A stretch of DNA of 64,000 nt from Obrimoposthia wandeli (taxonomy: Eukaryota), in contig CDROCS010003758.1 in NCBI GenBank assembly GCA_977020255.1, forward strand, positions 1 to 64,000, read 5' to 3'. The position numbers and the translations under genes are program-made. Under the pieces are notes generated by a model. It did not search any database and was not told where the DNA came from. It saw only the letters and a program-made list of their open reading frames with translations. Of the stretch, positions 13,831 to 26,689 are shown piece by piece; position 1 is the first letter of the stretch, and each line of letters opens with the position of its first letter.

Positions 13831-16800
13831 TTTTGAGTAGTCGTTTTTCCAGCTTTTAAAAATGCGTAAAATGTTTAATTCGCTTGTTTATTTATTAGTA
13901 TTATTACGTATTTTAATCATTAAATTAATTGTTTTTTATAACTATTTAAATAAGTAAAATTAACAAAACAGTGAAACTTAAAAGCCAGTTCTATTATTTA
14001 CATAATCATTTTCAAATATTCATTACTAATTTCAAGGATAACCTCATTTATTTTACAAATGTAAAATGTTTTATTCGTTAATTATCTATTACGATTACCC
14101 TTTAAATGTAAAAAAATTATCATCACGAGATGCCTTTCTTACAACTGCCGGCGCACGAAAGTGATTAATTCAAATTTTAACATGAGTAACACGATCTCTA
14201 TACACTGATTAATGTCCACTTAAATCTCACGCAAAACCGATAATATCACATGTTAGTTTAGACAATTTTTAAAAATATATATATTTTTGATAAATAAAAG
14301 AGTTTCAGTTTCTCTTACATATTTTCGGTGAAATTTTAGTTTCAAAACCTTTACTGATTTTATTTAAGCAGTGTGTTTCATTCCATTAATTTCCTTTTCT
14401 GATTTTTAATACGCTGAAATGAAATGTGCTTCAATCATAAATGACATACTCTGCAATGATTGAAAAAAGATCTGCAGCTATGACAAACAGCAACAAGTCC
14501 CTACTGTGAAGGATTTAAGTAGCGTTTGGACCATTTTCTCAACACGAAGAAGAAAAGTGCAACTGCTTGCTGGATATTGTACTCAATGATCATTTTTTTT
14601 TCGAAGGAAATAATCCCAGACGGTAATCATCAATCTTAATCATTCTAATTTTTTACTTAAGAGAAAATAAGTAATAAAAGATGATAAAATAAAGTCTTGT
14701 TTTAAGTTTCTAATATTTCACATTATATGCTTATTTAAGTTATTTTAAAAAACCGTGACTTTAAATAGGTTAAATACGATGTTGAGTTTGAGCATATAAT
14801 TAATTATTTTGAAAGTTGTTTAATAAATAATTGGTTATTTATCTATATAATCAATACATAAAGGTAAAAATTAGCTCTTTCAAAACAAATTTCGTTCCAA
14901 ATTTTGACTTTTTACAGCATATAAAAAAATTAATTTCACAAATTGGGTCAAATTTTCTCAATTTTTTATATGCATTTAGCAGATACGAATGGTAAATTGT
15001 TATCTTAAAAATATTATAGATTATTTTGTTTTTTCATATTAATGGATTAATGGATTTTTTTAATTTAAAATATACCAAATTATTAAGGTATATTTTTGAC
15101 ACAATGAAATGAAAAGATAAATTTATTATAAGATACATTTAAACATTGCAAAAATTTGCTAAAAATCACAAAAATATCATTTACCATATCATTCTACAAT
15201 GTTTTTAAAATAATTTTATGTTCTTGTTTATACGATACAAAGAATAAATTATCGAGAAACATTTATGTTCAGTTATAAATAAGTTTTTTCCATTATGTAA
15301 TAGTAAAATCCTTCATAATAATTGTCTGATCATCCCACATTCCACAGGTTATAGTCACTTCAAGTTAACTAAAAATAGAAATAGGGACAAAAATAGGCCT
15401 GTTTCCCAATCATCACAAACCTTTTACAATAAAATATCTTATCTCTGATGTCACCATCTCCAAACCAGAGTTAAGGAACATGATCAGATTTGTAGAAAGT
15501 CTCTGATCACTGTTTTGCTGTGTAATTATGATTTAACCGGTTTCTATCGATGTGTTTGTGGTCCCTCATAAATATTTTAAGAATTATTTAGAAAGAGTGT
15601 GTGAGGCTCTGTGTATAAAAATGGCAGTCCTTCATTAAACATGCAAAAAGATTGCCTAAGCTGATTAAATTATTTTACCGTGATTGCAAAATCTCACTAT
15701 TTTGTTTATATTTAGTACTGACGATGGATTTTCAAGCCCTTGCATTCAATTATTTATTATGATTTAACAAAATGGAATAAATTTCTGAAATGAATTGGGT
15801 TATGAGAATTAAAATGACTCTGTTAAATTAGTTGTTAAATCTTCCTAATTTACAAAATTAACAATGAAAACATTTTACTCAGTTCTATGGTAGATAATTT
15901 AGACAGTGTTAGTAATAAATTAATCTTACATTTAAACTTGTCATGTAACTTATTATAATTTCAATTGTGCAGTATGTCGATTATTTAGTCGATAAAGATG
16001 AATCATGTGTATTCTTCCAAGAATCCATTACGGAATTTCACATTAAACGACGATCTTATATTTATCAATTTTCGGATATAAATAGCTTTCTTGTAAATAA
16101 GACTTTCTATTGTCGTTTAAAATAATTGCCTTATGCAAATAAAAAGTTAACAAAACACATTCAAGCACTACTAGGTTCGATATTAAAAATATAATAAATT
16201 AAGTAAAAATCCCATTATCTGTACAAATACAAATACGGTTTTAATTTTAATTTTATCAATTGTTTGTATTAAAATCGAAAATAGCTAACCGGTCTATCGA
16301 TGAATGACTTGGCATCTTTCACCAAAATCTGACGAAGCATAACTTCATCTGATACGACTAACGACCCGTTTGTTCCAATGTAAATGCTGGAAAAATTAAT
16401 ACATTTAATACATTAAATACAGAAATCATACTACAATTCCTTAAATTTTAAAAAGTTCAATAAATCAATAATAATTATGCGATTACATCGTTCGTTGTAA
16501 AAACTATTGCTTTAGATATTTAGTCTTTCATTCTATAATTTGGACATATTCTCTATTATTTTAATATTGTAGGCTGTTGACAATTTTATTTTACTAAAAA
16601 TCAAATTTACGGATAGATGTGGCCGTATTTTTTATGATTTTCCACATCAATAACGTGAAATCCCTTCTTCAGAAAAGAAAGCATATTCCCAAACAACGGA
16701 AGGGGTTTGGGTCCTGAAAGCCAAATTTTTCTTCCAAATTGAACTTCCATGTTAACAGCCTGTAATAAATAAATGTTAAGAATGGTGAGAATAATTTTCC

Positions 16801-17225
16801 AAACTTGTGAATCAAAAATAGAATGACGATGGTAAAGAATCCATTCCAACTTACAAGGGAAGCAAGACAGTTCCACATTTTTTTGAAATTCAATAAAACA
16901 GATCTGTTACGTAATTTCGTGCCAAGTTATTTATTGAAGCTAGATAAATTTTGATTGGTTGTGAATGCAACCACTTAAGAAATACGGTTTTAAATCGATA
17001 CATTATGATAATTAAAACAAAATGTATATTCTGTAACAACTGATTTAACCAAGAAACCTTTTAGCGATTTAACCATACTGTGATACCTATGATAGCTAAA
17101 ATGTTAACTACGGTATTGGAAAAATTAATGGATTTCGGTATACAGTGAAATTTACTTAATTGGCGCACAGTTGTCAATGCATTTTACCCCAATTAAGAGA
17201 ACAGTATTTTTAAATATATACATAT

Positions 17226-17675
17226 ATGAGAATAAAAAAGATCATAAGCACTACGCCACACGTACAAAAAACATGTAAAAGTTGGAGACATCCTGAAGTA
17301 ACAGTTATATTTATCACTCAAAATCTTTTTCACCAAGGAGGTCACCATAGAACTAGAAATCTTAATGTACATTACTTAGTTTTATTTAAAAATCTTAGAG
17401 ATCAAACAGTTGTTGATTTTGTGGCCAGACAGGCATTTTCCCAAAATAAGAACTTTCTAGTTGATTCATTCCACGATGCTGCTAAACAAGCACATGGGTA
17501 TATATTTATTGACTTTACACAAGCTTGCCCAGATGATTTACGTGTTTTAACAGACATATTTAATTCTAAGGGAGTAACTGTTTATAAACCAATAGAGAAC
17601 AATTATAAAAAAAATAAATTTGCAATGCCTTTTAAGAAGTTGATAGTGAAACGTAAAGCAAAGCTTAAGAAATAA
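17226..17675 (+). pseudogene. C-terminal half of Polinton packaging (A32/FtsK-like) ATPase
   Basis: VIFITQNLF...LNVHYLVLFKNLRD...GYIFIDF...PDDLR...DIF matches the Polinton ATPase C-terminal pattern; Walker A/B are absent. Confidence 0.8.
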
Positions 17676-18208
17676 AAAAAGAATCATTAAGAAAAAATAA
17701 GTGAATAAATTAATCAAATCTGTAGTTAGAAATAAAATAAAACTTGGCTTCAAATATAAACAATATTCAAATTGAACCTTTTTTATTAAAATGAAGAAAA
17801 TACAAAGAAGCATACCCTATTTTAAAGCTTTGGTCAAAGCCTCTTCTCATAAGAGAATGATTATTCTTAAAGCATTTCCATCTTTTGTTGTAGATGATTT
17901 ATTGGAAGTTTTGTATAATATAGTTTTGGGTCGAGTAAAAAATTTGGAAAACGGAAAAATGTAGTAAAGAAATATAGAAAAACTCTTTTAGATATTGCTA
18001 ATGTAAAAAGTAAAAAAAGGAAACGAAATATTATTCTTAAACATAACGGTGGTTTCATAGGGGCTGTTATTCCAGTTGTTGCTTCAATTATCAGTAGTAT
18101 TATAGCTGCAACACGTACATAAACAATTATTTCAAAAATCAGCTAAATATATAAGTGCTAACCCTTCTTTACCTAAATTTAAATTTTATATATATTCAAT
18201 TTGTTGTA

Positions 18209-19200
18209 ATGGAGAAGATATGGTTCAATCCAAAAGATCCAATTGGCTACACAGGAGTTTCAAAATTAGCAAAAAGAACAAAACAGAATTACAAGAAAAC
18301 GCAAAAATGGGTGAGGGACCAGTTAGCCTACAGTCTGAACAAGCCGATAAGATAAAGGTTTGTAACTAAAATTTACAAAACCAGCGGTCCTAATAATTTA
18401 TGGCAAATGGATTTGACGGAGATGATTCCATATTCTTCCATTAATAAGGGATACCGATATTTTTTAACATGTATTGATGTATTTAGCAGATTTGTTCGTG
18501 CTTGAAGCCATTAAAGAAATATTAAAATAGGATATTCCACAAAATGTGCAAACTGATTTAGGAAAAGAATTTTATAATAAGCAAGTTCAATCATTATTTA
18601 AACAAACTAATATAAATCACTACTCGATGTTTTCGCAGTACAAAGTAGCAGTAATAGAAAGATTTAATCTTACTTTAAGAGATCAAATAAAAAAGTATTT
18701 CACAAAAGAAAGAAATAAAAAATGGGTCCAAGTTTTACACAAAATAATACATGCATATAATCACTCTGAACATAGAAGTCTCAAGGGAATGAGACCTGTT
18801 GATGTCACTAATAAAAACTCTATGGATATTTGGATAGACAAGAATAAAAAAATATTAAAAAAGCTAAATATAAGAAAAACGAATATGTTCGAATTTCTAA
18901 AATTAGCTCTACTCCATTTATTAAAACTTTGAACAGAATTGGAGCAATGAAATATTTAGTATAAGTAAAATTGATCAAAAGAGTAATCCAATAATGTATA
19001 TTATTAAAGATGCTGACAATAATATCGTTCACGGTAAATTTTACGAGCAAGAACTACAAGTAATATCAAATAAACCGAACGTTTTCCGTTTTCAAAAAAT
19101 ATTAAAATCTAAGGGTACCGGTAAATATAAACAATACTATGTTAACTGGCATGGTTATTCAGATCCAACTTGGATATCAGCAACTAATGTAATAGGAAGT
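18209..19200 (+). pseudogene. Polinton retroviral-type integrase (DDE) with C-terminal chromodomain, degraded (copy 2 about 55947-56940)
   Basis: MEKIWFNPKDPIGY..., WQMDL, CIDVFSRF, QTDLGKEF, IERFNLTL, HAYNHSEH, GKFYEQELQ, YYVNWHGYSDPTWI. Several stops, frameshifts and an internal deletion. Confidence 0.92.
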
Positions 19201-19202
19201 CT

Positions 19203-19895
19203 ATGTATATGGTTTTACCTAGTAACGGATGCCCGAAGACTCAGCCGGATAATGACGCTAGTAGCTTTATTATCGATTAGGACAATCCGATAAATTTCCA
19301 AGAAGGGGAAACGGCTTTAACAGAATTTTATTTTTATTATTCACCAATTGCTATAAGAAAAAATTCATATATTTCGTTTATAAAAGAAAATAATATTGAA
19401 AAAACAAATGAAATTGTGATTGGGTTTGATAGTAAAGGAAAATTCTTTTACAATTGTATAGATAAAGAAGTGAAAGTAATATATGAAAATAACAAAGTCA
19501 TATTTAAAAATCGATTAAAATTTATTAAAGTTATTCAAATTACATATGAATCTGAAAAAGAAGCTTTTCAATTCCGTTTTGATAGTGAACAAACAGTATC
19601 TCGTAATAGACGGGATATAGTCTCATCTAAATCGGTTAGAAAGGTTCATAGTAGTATAGCAAGAGTGTTGTTACTTAAAACGAGAGTAAATGATATAGTG
19701 AAACTTAAAAAGTTTTTAAAAGAATATAAAATAGATAATGAAGTGAATTTATGTAAATTAATACAGAAGAAATTTAGTGAATATTTGGATAAATGTGTAA
19801 CACAAAAAAACGGTAAATTGACGTTTATAGTAAAGAGCAAGATAAATAAAAAAACCATGTTAAAGTTAACCTTTCATACACACTCATGCAATTAA
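19203..19895 (+). pseudogene. Putative Polinton minor capsid (penton-like) protein, one internal TAG, 3'-truncated
   Basis: Begins MYMVLPSNGCPKTQPDNDASSFIID*DNPINFQEGETALTEFYF, resembling the LPSN...N...F...ALxE N-terminus of Polinton minor capsid ORFs. TAG at 19278-19280; same frame as the ORF at 19416-19895. Confidence 0.55.
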
Positions 19896-20445
19896 ATAAT
19901 TAAAATGTCTTATCTCGTTTAATAACATTCCTTAATTGTAATATTTTAAAATAATTAGATAAATTTAAATTCTTTATTTTTAAATAACTTGATTATAAAA
20001 TTATATTGGTAAATATAATTGAAATTATCATTATTCGTTTCTCTTTTTAACTATTCGAAAATATATTTATATATATATATACAAATTTAGTAAATTAACT
20101 CAACAAACAATATTATTTTTTAATTACTTGATATTTTTGCCATTGTTTTATCAATATAATATGAATATTCAATTTATTTCTTCAAAAATTCATTTTATAT
20201 ATTAAATAATATTTCATTATCACATTATTGTGGTATTTTATCAAGTGCTTTTAATTTTAAACTATAAAAATATTTTAATTATAAAGTTAGTAGCTGTATT
20301 GGCCCACTGCATATGATATAAATTTCAAATATAAAGTACTATTAAATGTATTCTTTCAAATAGTAAAAGTTCTTTCGAGTTATTTAATTTTGTTTACTAG
20401 ACATACGAAAATTGACTTGTAAATATAATATATTTTTGCATATAT
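19895..20445 (+). repeat. About 550-bp dispersed repeat shared with 30983-31530 (interior of the mini-Polinton)
   Basis: Both begin aataattaaaatgtcttatctcgttt and run collinearly to gaaaattgacttgtaaa, with scattered substitutions and indels. Confidence 0.9.
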
Positions 20446-20649
20446 TCAGTTTAATATGTTGTAAGTTATTACTTTAATATAATTTAATATATTTTTTGCA
20501 TATATATCAGCTCCACGTTGTCTTCGTCATAATCCAGCATCTAATCTTCATTTCATCAATCCTTCATCGCAATCATCTATCTTGTCTTCATCTTAATCCT
20601 TCATCTTCTTCAACATCCTCATGTAAAATATTTATTTACAAAATAATTA

Positions 20650-20947
20650 CAGTCAGACCTCTACATAACGAACACTCTACATAACGAACACTTTTTTTTA
20701 ACGAACGGTAAACCAAAATTACACGTTTGGAAGTTTCATATTATATTAAAAAAACAGAGCAATATATGCTTAAAAACTGTTTTGAAGGCGTTATTGCTAC
20801 CCAAGAATGGTTAGGAAAAAATAAATACATGTCTTATTGTAGTTTATTTTGTTTTATAAATAAAAGTTTATTAAATTGTTCGTTCCTTTTTTTAACGAAC
20901 ATGGAATTTTTTGAAAAGTTGGTGTTCGTTATGTAGAGGTCTGACTG
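20650..20947. mobile_element. 298-bp Tc1/mariner-pogo-type MITE with TA TSD
   Basis: Perfect 26-bp TIR CAGTCAGACCTCTACATAACGAACAC, flanked by TA on both sides. Confidence 0.92.
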
Positions 20948-21619
20948 TATCACAATCTTACCTGGAAATCTGACATCAGTTCCTCTTACCATCTTCATCT
21001 CATTAATATAATCCATCATCGCAATCCATCATCTTTCATCGCAATCATTCATCTTGTCTTCATCATAATCTTCATAACATCATTGCAATTCTTTATTGTC
21101 TTCATCTTGTCTTCATCGCATTCCTAAATATAATCTTCTTCTTCTTCATCTTCATCATCTAAAAATAATTATTTACAAGATAATTAATAAAAACTTACCT
21201 ACAATTGGAAATCAATTCATTATTAATCACCATATTGCATTTTCAAATTTTATTGTTGATTATTTTCAAAATTAATTATTTAAAAAAAATTAATTATGTT
21301 TTAACTTACTAATATAAATAATTGGAAATATTTATTAAGTTAAAATAGTTAATATATTTTATTAGTTACTTAAATTACTAATAATATAATTTTAAATATT
21401 TATAAATTATAATAATCAATACATTTTAAAATAAACATTTAAAATATGCAAAGAATTATATATATAATGTATTTATTAATACATGTTCAAAGAGGGAAAT
21501 TAACAAGGTGTTTACAGAGGAGAATTCCCCGAGAAGGGTTATTTAGTGATATTATTCAATTGTTTATCCTTTGAAGCTTGATTCTAATTGGCTGATAATG
21601 TTGTTTATGTAAATGACAT

Positions 21620-22440
21620 AGAAGACAAGTTGATGGATCAGATGAGATATTATACAGATGGTTCTAGAAGATAAATTTTATGATATTTAGGTGGTTAAGA
21701 AGTAATTTCAGAAAATGTATGATATTTAGAGGATATGGGAAACGTAAATTTATGATAATTAGAAGATTTAACGAGAGTATTGCTTTCAGAAGAGAGAAAA
21801 TGTAGGCTTAAATTGGGTTTACATGGGATTTATCAAGGGTGTTGGTTACAGAATAGAAAATATAACCTGTAAAAGGGTTCAGAGGGTGATTCAATATGTT
21901 TAGTAGGTTTTAGAAGAAAATTAGATATTAACAAATTAGAAGGATTTTAGAAGGGAAAATGAAGTAGAAGACAAATTGATGGTTCAGAGGTGATATTACC
22001 TAGATGGCTCTAGAAGATAAATTTATGATATTTAGATGGTTGAGAAGCAATTTCAGGAAATTATTTAATAAAGATAAGAAAATAAATGAACAAGGAAATT
22101 GGGGTATGTAGGTGATTAAGAAGAGAAAATATAGAAAGAGGACTCAGAGAGGGAATTAATGGTAGATTAAATGGTTTTAGAAGATAATTTATAGTTTTTT
22201 AAGGAGGGTTCAGATTTTTACCCAGATGGTTCTAGAAGAGATAATTACGGGTTTTAGAAGTAAATTTAAGCATAGATATGAACAACTTAACAAGAGTTTA
22301 GAAGGGAAAATAACATAGAAAACAAATCACTGGTCAAAAGGAGATATTACCAAAATGCTTCTAGAATAGAAATTGATGATATGTAGGTGATTAAAAAGTA
22401 AATTCAAGAAATGTATGATATTTAGAAGATATCGGTAACA
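21620..22440 (+). repeat. Diverged repeat with about 350-bp period in a purine-rich block
   Basis: agaagacaa.ttgatgg.tcaga...gatatta...gatgg.tctagaaga.aaatt.atgatatttag recurs at 21620, 21966 and 22317. Confidence 0.75.
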
Positions 22441-24464
22441 TTGTTAATTAACAAGGGGTTAAGGAAATTTATGATATTTAGGTTTAAGCATAGATGATTA
22501 GTTAATTTTCTTCTACTTAATCTCCTCAACCATCACGAAATTAACCTCTTCTTAACCTCCATATTATTTTTCTCTTCTTAGAGCAGAAATTATGTGTTAT
22601 TTTATATTATTCTAAGATGAGATCACCCAAATACCTATCTTTATCGGTATTTCTATCATAAAGATGGGATACATGATTCGAATCAATAATTTAGCTGTAA
22701 GACCCTCTGATATAATTCCTCTATTAAGTCGCAGTAATTTAGGTAAAGATAATCAAAGTATGTTTCGGTTAAAGTATTAGCAGTCAACCTGTTAGGGTAA
22801 TTCGAAATATCATTTCCGCATACTTGATAATTGATTTATAGTATAACTCTGAAATTGATCCAAGACAGTTGAAGTATCAGTTATATCTAAATATCCTATC
22901 TTTATTTGATAATTTCTATATAAATGCATTCCCACTGAAGCCGATAAGTTATATCTAATGTCTGCTAAATAACAAGTCTCTAAAATTTATGAATTATAGG
23001 AAAATGACTAAACCGTCGCTAAAGGGATTTATTGATAGGTTTATATCGATATTTGATGGAAAATTGTAATATTTGGATGCTTTTAGAGGATAAATTAATG
23101 ATATATTTAGTAAATTAACAACATTTAGCTAGTTCCGGACATTATTGATATGTTCAAGACATTTATGATATCTAATCGCTCTCAAATGATTTATTGATAG
23201 GTTTATATCTATCTATTTAGGAAATTAATATTATTTAGATGATTCCAAAGGGGAAATTCATGATATATTGGGAAATGTATGATATTTTCGGGAAATCTAT
23301 GTTATCCTTATCGCTTTCGAATGGTTTATTGATAGGATTATATCAATATTTGGGGGAAATCAATGATATTTAGGCGGATCTAAGGTTTAAATTAACGACA
23401 TGCTCAGAGATTTATGATATTTATGTGGTTCTAAAGACGAAATTAATGATATATTTAAGAAATTAAAGATTTCCCTAGGAAATTCACAATATTTAGGTGC
23501 TTCTAGAAGAGAAATTTAGGGAACAGCATACATTGATGGAGTGTGTATTTGATTCAGTTTAATAGTCTTATTGAAATTTAACCCATATGATGATATTAGT
23601 GACTGTTCTCCAATCAATAACTTCTAGCAAAATGCGAACAATATGATGGTGAAAGTATGAGTCTCTTAGATTGATTTATTGGATGTACGTGCAGATGACT
23701 TTACAACAAGAATATCACCGATGATAGAATCTATTTATATCATACCTATTCCAAGTAATATATTATCATAGACTGCTTGAAGAAGATATTCACAGAGGAA
23801 GGACATTTATCGACCAACATTTCTAACTCTGAGGGTAAATATATCTTGATAACTCCATTTTTCACCGGACGGAGATTTACCCAGATCAATTAGATGGAAT
23901 TAGATGAAAGTATCCCGAATGAATTACATGATATACTTGTAAATCTTAGAAAATAATATAGGAAGACTTTATTATACAAGGAATACTGCTTTGATCATTT
24001 TGCTTGCAAGAAGCTATAGAAGAGAAATTAGAGATATTTAGGTATTTCTAAAAGAAACATTAATGATATATCTAGGAAATTCATGATATTTAAGTGATTC
24101 TATAATATAAATGTATTTTAACTTTATGAAATCTATGGTATTTAAGTGATTCTAGAAGAGAAATGTATGATATCCTAGGGAAATCATCGATATTTAGGAC
24201 ATTCTAGAGGGGGAATGTATGATATCTTCGGGAAATCAATTATATTTAAGTACTTCTAAAGGGGAAATTAATGATATGTTCATCTGAATTTGTTATATTT
24301 AGAAGGTTCTAGGGCGATCCCATTGGCCTTTTAACTCATCATCCAAAGAAGCACCCTCGGATTGCTGCAGATGTAGGCTAGATTTCATACATAGAAGATA
24401 CCCCCACATAAAGGGGGAACTAAGGATTTTAATTATTATAAGTCATTTAAGATGATTAGAGGTT

Positions 24465-24800
24465 AATCTCATGGAAGTTAGGGTAATCCCATGATAGTTA
24501 GGGAAATCTAGTGGACGTTTAGTGGTTTAAGGAGGAAAATAACGTGGAAGTTAGAATAATCCCATGGAAGTTAGGAAAATCTAGTGGTAGTTAGGGAAAT
24601 CTCATGGAAGTTAGGGTAATCTCATGGTAGTTAGAAAAATCTCGTGGAAGTTGAGTGGTTTCAGGAGGAAAATAACGTGGAAGTTAGGATAATCTCATCG
24701 TAGTTAGGAAAATCTAATGCTAGTTAGGGAAATCTTGTGGTAGTTAGGATAATCTCATGGATGTTAGGAAAATCTCGTGGATGTTAAGAGATTTAAGAGG
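24465..24800 (+). repeat. 20-21-bp minisatellite (copy 2 about 62200-62535)
   Basis: Recurrent AATCTCATGGAAGTTAGGGT / AATCTCGTGGAAGTTAGGAA variants. Confidence 0.85.
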
Positions 24801-25605
24801 AATAAATATAATCAATGAAATCATACCAATATCAAACCTACCTCTTTCATTAAAGCAATCATAGATGGATGTTTTTAAATAACATACCTAATTTGATATT
24901 ACTTATACATCAATGTTGATTGATTGAAATATTCTACGTTGTAGTTGTTTAACTTTAAACATTTTGTTGTAAAAACTAAGATATTAAGACTTTTGAATTA
25001 GATAATCAGGTTAGGCTGTAAAGGAAAACATTGGAAATTTTTATAAGAATGAATCTAATAATCAATAAATCGAGATATATCTATCCATATCTTCTAACAT
25101 CTCTATCATGAATCTTCTATCAAAAACCTTCATCCCTAACTTTCAGAGAAATTACCAAATACCATAGATTCATATATTTCCATACATATTGATTATTGAA
25201 AAACTGAAATTATCAATATTATCAACATCTAATCTCACTATCATCAACCATCATAAAGTGGCTGATAATAGGAATAATGATTTTTCTAATGTGTCATTGG
25301 GATTTAGAGTATAAAAAGGGTTAAATACAATTTTTTATTTACAAGTAACAAATATTTGAAAGTTTTTAAATTTAAACAAAAATCGTTTTTCAAAACATAT
25401 TTTGAAAATCTGCTTAAAATAATTTTTGAATATCCGCCATACTCACATAATCATTAATCTTGAACTTTGCTTAGGCTTTCTTTTATCGATTTCTACTAAC
25501 AAAATATGTATTTTATTTTTATTCGAAATATTAACAATATTTGATTCAAGTTCATTAAAACCACCTTTAAAACAAATTTGGTGATGCATGCAAAGTTTTA
25601 TTTAA

Positions 25606-26500
25606 CCCATTATAACCCAGGTTCACAATTTTTTGATTTTTTAAATGATTTTTCCAACAATATAGTTTAAAAGGCGTAGAAACATTTTATACTAGTCAGA
25701 ATTAATTTACCTAAAAAAATAACCGAGAGATGGGGTGATTTCATATGAGATCACTGGGATATAAGGTACTAAATGTATAGTTAATTCAAACAAAAACACC
25801 AATTTTTAAAAAATATATTGTCGAGCTATTACATTCTGTGGTACGGTAAAAAACAATCGACACATAAGGCGATATTGCATTTTAAGCAATATGTTCTTGG
25901 TTGTGAAGAATTTTGACATCTTCTTTGATGATCCCGTTTTCTTATAATGTGACCTTTGGAGTCGAATCGAATACTTGGTTCATTTTCTGATGGTCTGGGT
26001 ACTGATTTTTTTCGACCTACTGACATCTAGGACTTGCCAATTTTAAATATGACATGGTAATAGCTCTTCTAAAAGACAACAAATCCATAGATTCTTTTGG
26101 ATCATCATGTAAAAATTTGTAAATTATCCATGAATTTACCACTGCCATATCAATAATACGAGTAAAAAGAGGCCAATACCATTTTTACCTCGAATTGATG
26201 TTGAGAATTTATTTGCTAACCAATCATGTTTGTCAACTTTCCCATGTAAGCATTATAGTTTTTCAATGTATTTGGTTGAGAAACATACTCTCTTATCTTT
26301 ATGTCTTTTTGCCAACGTTTCTTGAAAACCAAGGTTGCGAAGGTGTACTAACAATTCATATCCAGTGAAGTTTTTTTTAAAGTTTTTCAAATCCAAGTTG
26401 ATAAACAAAATTAGTTTTGGATTTTTTTATATTACTGATAATTGTAAGTAGCATGTCAAATGAACTACTTGTGTCTGCATTTTTATTGAAACTGATAAAA
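25606..26500 (-). mobile_element. piggyBac transposase relic, C-terminal part (copy 2: 63341-64000)
   Basis: YNAYMGKVDKHDW...KKWYWPLFTRIIDMAVVNSWIIY followed by the Cys-rich RRC...YCLKCNIALCVDCFLPYH. A TTAA|CCCATTATAACCCAG end-like motif lies at 25602-25620. Confidence 0.85.
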
Positions 26501-26689
26501 CATTAATTACAAGTTTTTTCTTGTTTTCTTGTCGTTTCGTGTATCCCAAAAAAACACGAATAACTATTAAACTGACTAAAGTATTTATTTTAAAAAATGA
26601 TAACAAAAAGTTTGTAAATTTGTCAGTTTTTTATGATTCAAATATTTTCCACGTTCATATAACTCATAAATAAATCATTAAAATATATT

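Larger units (their letters stand above)
1353..16878 (-). pseudogene. Cytochrome P450, CYP3 clan, copy 1; disrupted (TAG in exon 9, 1-nt deletion in exon 2)
   Basis: Phase-compatible GT-AG exons: 16878-16805, 16759-16611, 16386-16290, 12708-12592, 11115-11033, 8438-8290, 8243-8116, 7567-7301, 3746-3517, 2115-1953, and a tentative last exon from 1446. Motifs: PGPKPLPLFGN region, WQRVR, PTFTSGKLK, AGFETT (I helix), ETLR (ExxR), FGMGPRVCVG (heme Cys). In-frame TAG at 3713-3711; one G missing near 16716 relative to copy 2. Confidence 0.93.
17226..19895 (+). mobile_element. Polinton/Maverick (adintovirus-like) internal relic, copy 1
   Basis: Collinear ATPase, small basic ORF, rve integrase with chromodomain, and penton-like ORF. 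No pPolB, protease, major capsid or TIR seen. Confidence 0.9.
1..26265. repeat. Copy 1 of a large near-identical direct segmental duplication
   Basis: Every ORF from 672 to 26026 recurs at offset 37716-37738 (e.g. 672/38388, 7286/45010, 25829/63564). Differences are mostly homopolymer indels plus a few substitutions; only about 1-430 is clearly more divergent. Confidence 0.97.

Noticed and set aside
17139-17206. Tiny inverted repeat (tacagtg...cttaattgg / ccaattaag...cagta) as the Polinton left end
   Set aside because: Does not resemble the AGTAG TIR; at best a collapsed pogo-type MITE.
17547-19858. Minus-strand hydrophobic ORFs opposite the Polinton genes
   Set aside because: Antisense shadows of A-rich coding sequence (Phe/Leu/Ile-rich, no motifs).
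24465-24800. TTAGGG motifs suggesting an interstitial telomere
   Set aside because: The hexamer occurs singly within 20-21-bp units, never as tandem (TTAGGG)n.
25606-25768. Firm assignment of the piggyBac terminus
   Set aside because: A degenerate inverted copy (ctgggatataagg) 150 bp inward means this could be a separate small TTAA MITE; no matching far end was found.
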